Origin: Chloroflexota bacterium
GTDB lineage: Bacteria > Chloroflexota > Limnocylindria > Limnocylindrales > CSP1-4
Assembly (NCBI GenBank): GCA_021788175.1
Contig: JAJYKX010000004.1
Coordinates: 1-35,990 of the forward strand
DNA: 35,990 bases
Direction of reading: 5' to 3'
The number at the start of each line of letters is the position of its first letter. Position 1 is the first letter of the stretch. Below are positions 34,155 through 35,990 of this stretch, in pieces. Both the position numbers and the translations under genes were made by a program. The notes below the pieces were generated by a model. It did not search any database and was not told the origin of the DNA. It saw nothing but the letters and a program-made list of their open reading frames with translations.

Positions 34155-35990
34155 ATGCCCACGCATCCCGCGGTCGACGAGCGGCTCGCCCGTCTCGCGC
34201 CGGACCAGCGCGCGGCGGCCACCGCGCCGCCGGGCCCGGTCCTGTGTGTCGCCCCCGCCGGGTCCGGCAAGACCACCACGCTGGTGGCGCGCATCGCCTG
34301 GCTGGTGGCGAACGGCACGCCGCCGGACCGGATCTGCGCCGTCACCTTCAACCGGCGCGCGGCCGACGAACTGGAGGAGCGCGTGGGCCATGCGCTCGAG
34401 CCGCTGGACCGGCCGGCCGACGCGGTGCGGGTGCGCACGTTCCATGCCCTCGGACGGGAGATCCTGCTCGACGCCGGGCGCTCGGTGGACGGTCTCGTCG
34501 ACCGGGCAGTCGTCCTGCGCGACCTGCTGGGATCGCCGGCGGCGCCCGAGCTGCGGCGGCTGGACGATGCGTTCTCGCGCCTCAAGCTGGACCTGGCGGT
34601 CCACACGCCGACGCTGGCCCGGGAGGCGGCCGGGGCCGAGGCACGCGGGCAGCCCCCGGGGCGGATCGTCCGCGCGTTCCTGCTCTACGAGGCGGCCCTG
34701 GCGGAGCGCGGGGCGCTCGATTTCGACGATCTCGTGCGGCGGGCGATCGAGGTGCTCGAGTCGGACGCCCGGCTGCTCGCTCGCTGGCGGGACCGCTGCG
34801 GGCAACTCCTGGTCGACGAGGTGCAGGACGTGGACCGCAGCCAGCTCCGGCTCGCGCTCCTGCTCGCCGCGCCGGCGAACCGGATCTTCCTGGTCGGCGA
34901 CGACGACCAGACGATCTACGCCTGGCGCCTGGCGGACGTGCGCCGGGTCCTGGACCTCCGCGCGGTGCTGCCCGGCCTCCGTCGGATCGACCTGGAGACC
35001 AACTACCGCTGTCCCGCGCCGGTGGTCGCGCGGGCGGTCCGGCTGGTGGAGCGCAACGCAGAACGCTTCGCCAAGACGATCCGGGCCCGACCGGCGGCCG
35101 AGGGCCGGCTCTGCCTGCTCCCCGACCCGGGCGACGACGTCGCCCGTGCCCGGCTGCTGCTCGGCACGTGGCACGCCCCCGGCGGGGCGACACGGGCCAT
35201 CCTGGCCCGCACCAACGCGGAGCTCGCGCCGTATGCCGCGGTGGCGCTCGAACGAGGGATCCCGTATCGATCCGATGACGACGGGCTTCTCCTGGACGAT
35301 CCCGCGATCGACGAGATGCTGGCGGCGGCGGGGGCGGAAGCGGGCGCGCCACCGGGCAGCGGTCCGGCGGCGGAGAGCCCCGGCCCACCAACGGGCAGCG
35401 GTCCGGCAGCGGGCAGCCCCGGCCCATCACCGGGAGCCGCCCCGGCGGCGCGCGTGACGCCGCTCCTGGACGCGCTCACCCGTGCACGGGCGGGCGCGGG
35501 TGCCGAGCAGGCCCGGGCCGCGGCGGCCCTGCTGGGCTGGGCCCCGGCCTGTGCCGGGGCCGGCGCGCCGGGCGCACTCGACGCGCTGTCCGGCCTGGCG
35601 CGGGCCATCGCGGACGCGAGGGCACGCCGGTCGGAACTGCGGCGGGACGACGCACCGCTGCTCCTCGCCACCGTGCACGGCACGAAGGGCCTGGAGTTCG
35701 ACCACGTCGCGGTGGTCGGCATGGACGAGGGCCGGTTTCCCAGCGCGCGGAGCATCGGGGAGTCGGACGAGCCCGGTCGGACGCTGGAGGAGGAACGGCG
35801 GCTGGCCTACGTCGCCTGGACGCGGGCACGCCGGTCACTGACGCTCGTCTACGATCCGGGCGCCCCGTCCCCGTTCCTGCGCGAGGCGTTCACGGACGCG
35901 GAGCTGCGACCCCCGGGCGCCGGCGTTCCGCGATACGCCGGGGGCGCCGGCGCGCCACGAGGCGTGCCGGACCGCGCGTCCGCCGTTCCG
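34155..35990 (+). CDS. UvrD/PcrA-family SF1A DNA helicase, stop codon beyond the window
   Basis: Not in the ORF track; translated by hand: LAPDQRAA, APAGSGKT, VTFNRRAA, TFHA, DFDDL, LVDEVQD, VGDDDQTIYAWR, LETNYR, TVHGTKGLEF, EEERRLAYVAWTRAR. An in-frame ATG at 34071 is an alternative start. Confidence 0.93.
   Translation, partial: MPTHPAVDERLARLAPDQRAAATAPPGPVLCVAPAGSGKTTTLVARIAWLVANGTPPDRICAVTFNRRAADELEERVGHALEPLDRPADAVRVRTFHALGREILLDAGRSVDGLVDRAVVLRDLLGSPAAPELRRLDDAFSRLKLDLAVHTPTLAREAAGAEARGQPPGRIVRAFLLYEAALAERGALDFDDLVRRAIEVLESDARLLARWRDRCGQLLVDEVQDVDRSQLRLALLLAAPANRIFLVGDDDQTIYAWRLADVRRVLDLRAVLPGLRRIDLETNYRCPAPVVARAVRLVERNAERFAKTIRARPAAEGRLCLLPDPGDDVARARLLLGTWHAPGGATRAILARTNAELAPYAAVALERGIPYRSDDDGLLLDDPAIDEMLAAAGAEAGAPPGSGPAAESPGPPTGSGPAAGSPGPSPGAAPAARVTPLLDALTRARAGAGAEQARAAAALLGWAPACAGAGAPGALDALSGLARAIADARARRSELRRDDAPLLLATVHGTKGLEFDHVAVVGMDEGRFPSARSIGESDEPGRTLEEERRLAYVAWTRARRSLTLVYDPGAPSPFLREAFTDAELRPPGAGVPRYAGGAGAPRGVPDRASAVP
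35352..35429 (+). repeat. 39-nt in-frame tandem duplication inside the helicase
   Basis: ccgggcagcggtccggcggcggagagccccggcccacca / acgggcagcggtccggcagcgggcagccccggcccatca, encoding PGSGPAAESPGPP / TGSGPAAGSPGPS. Confidence 0.85.

Overview
Very GC-rich bacterial chromosome segment, mostly core genome. Gene content (rapZ-yvcK-whiA, minimal tatAC, an orphan family-5 solute-binding protein after secG, many leaderless starts) points to a monoderm such as Chloroflexota (Limnocylindria-like) or Actinomycetota; this assignment is inference. From left to right: truncated mrdA/PBP2, an atypical tRNA-Leu(UAA), a Tat-exported arylsulfotransferase plus a GT87 glycosyltransferase, a dienelactone hydrolase, two small proteins, a Phe-Gly-Gln-Cys tRNA operon, lemA-htpX, a phosphoesterase lipoprotein, Leu-Leu-Val tRNAs, SBP, secG, gpmA, tpiA, whiA, yvcK, rapZ, tatC, tatA, pyrF, a TolB-like propeller, recJ, secF, secD, TauE, uvrC, a repeat-rich spacer, an aldehyde dehydrogenase, a tandem double nucleotidase and a truncated UvrD-like helicase. 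I found no CRISPR array, transposase, integrase or phage gene. The most unusual signals are: (1) an otherwise intact tRNA-Leu(UAA) with C at the near-invariant U33 in a window where I found no TTA codon; (2) short bridging ORFs whose start/stop codons overlap neighbouring genes; (3) a ~90-aa Ala/Ser/Pro insert in SecF; (4) a tandem nucleotidase with a helical insert and a structured leader; (5) widespread leaderless and gene-embedded promoters. All calls come from manual reading, with no database searches.
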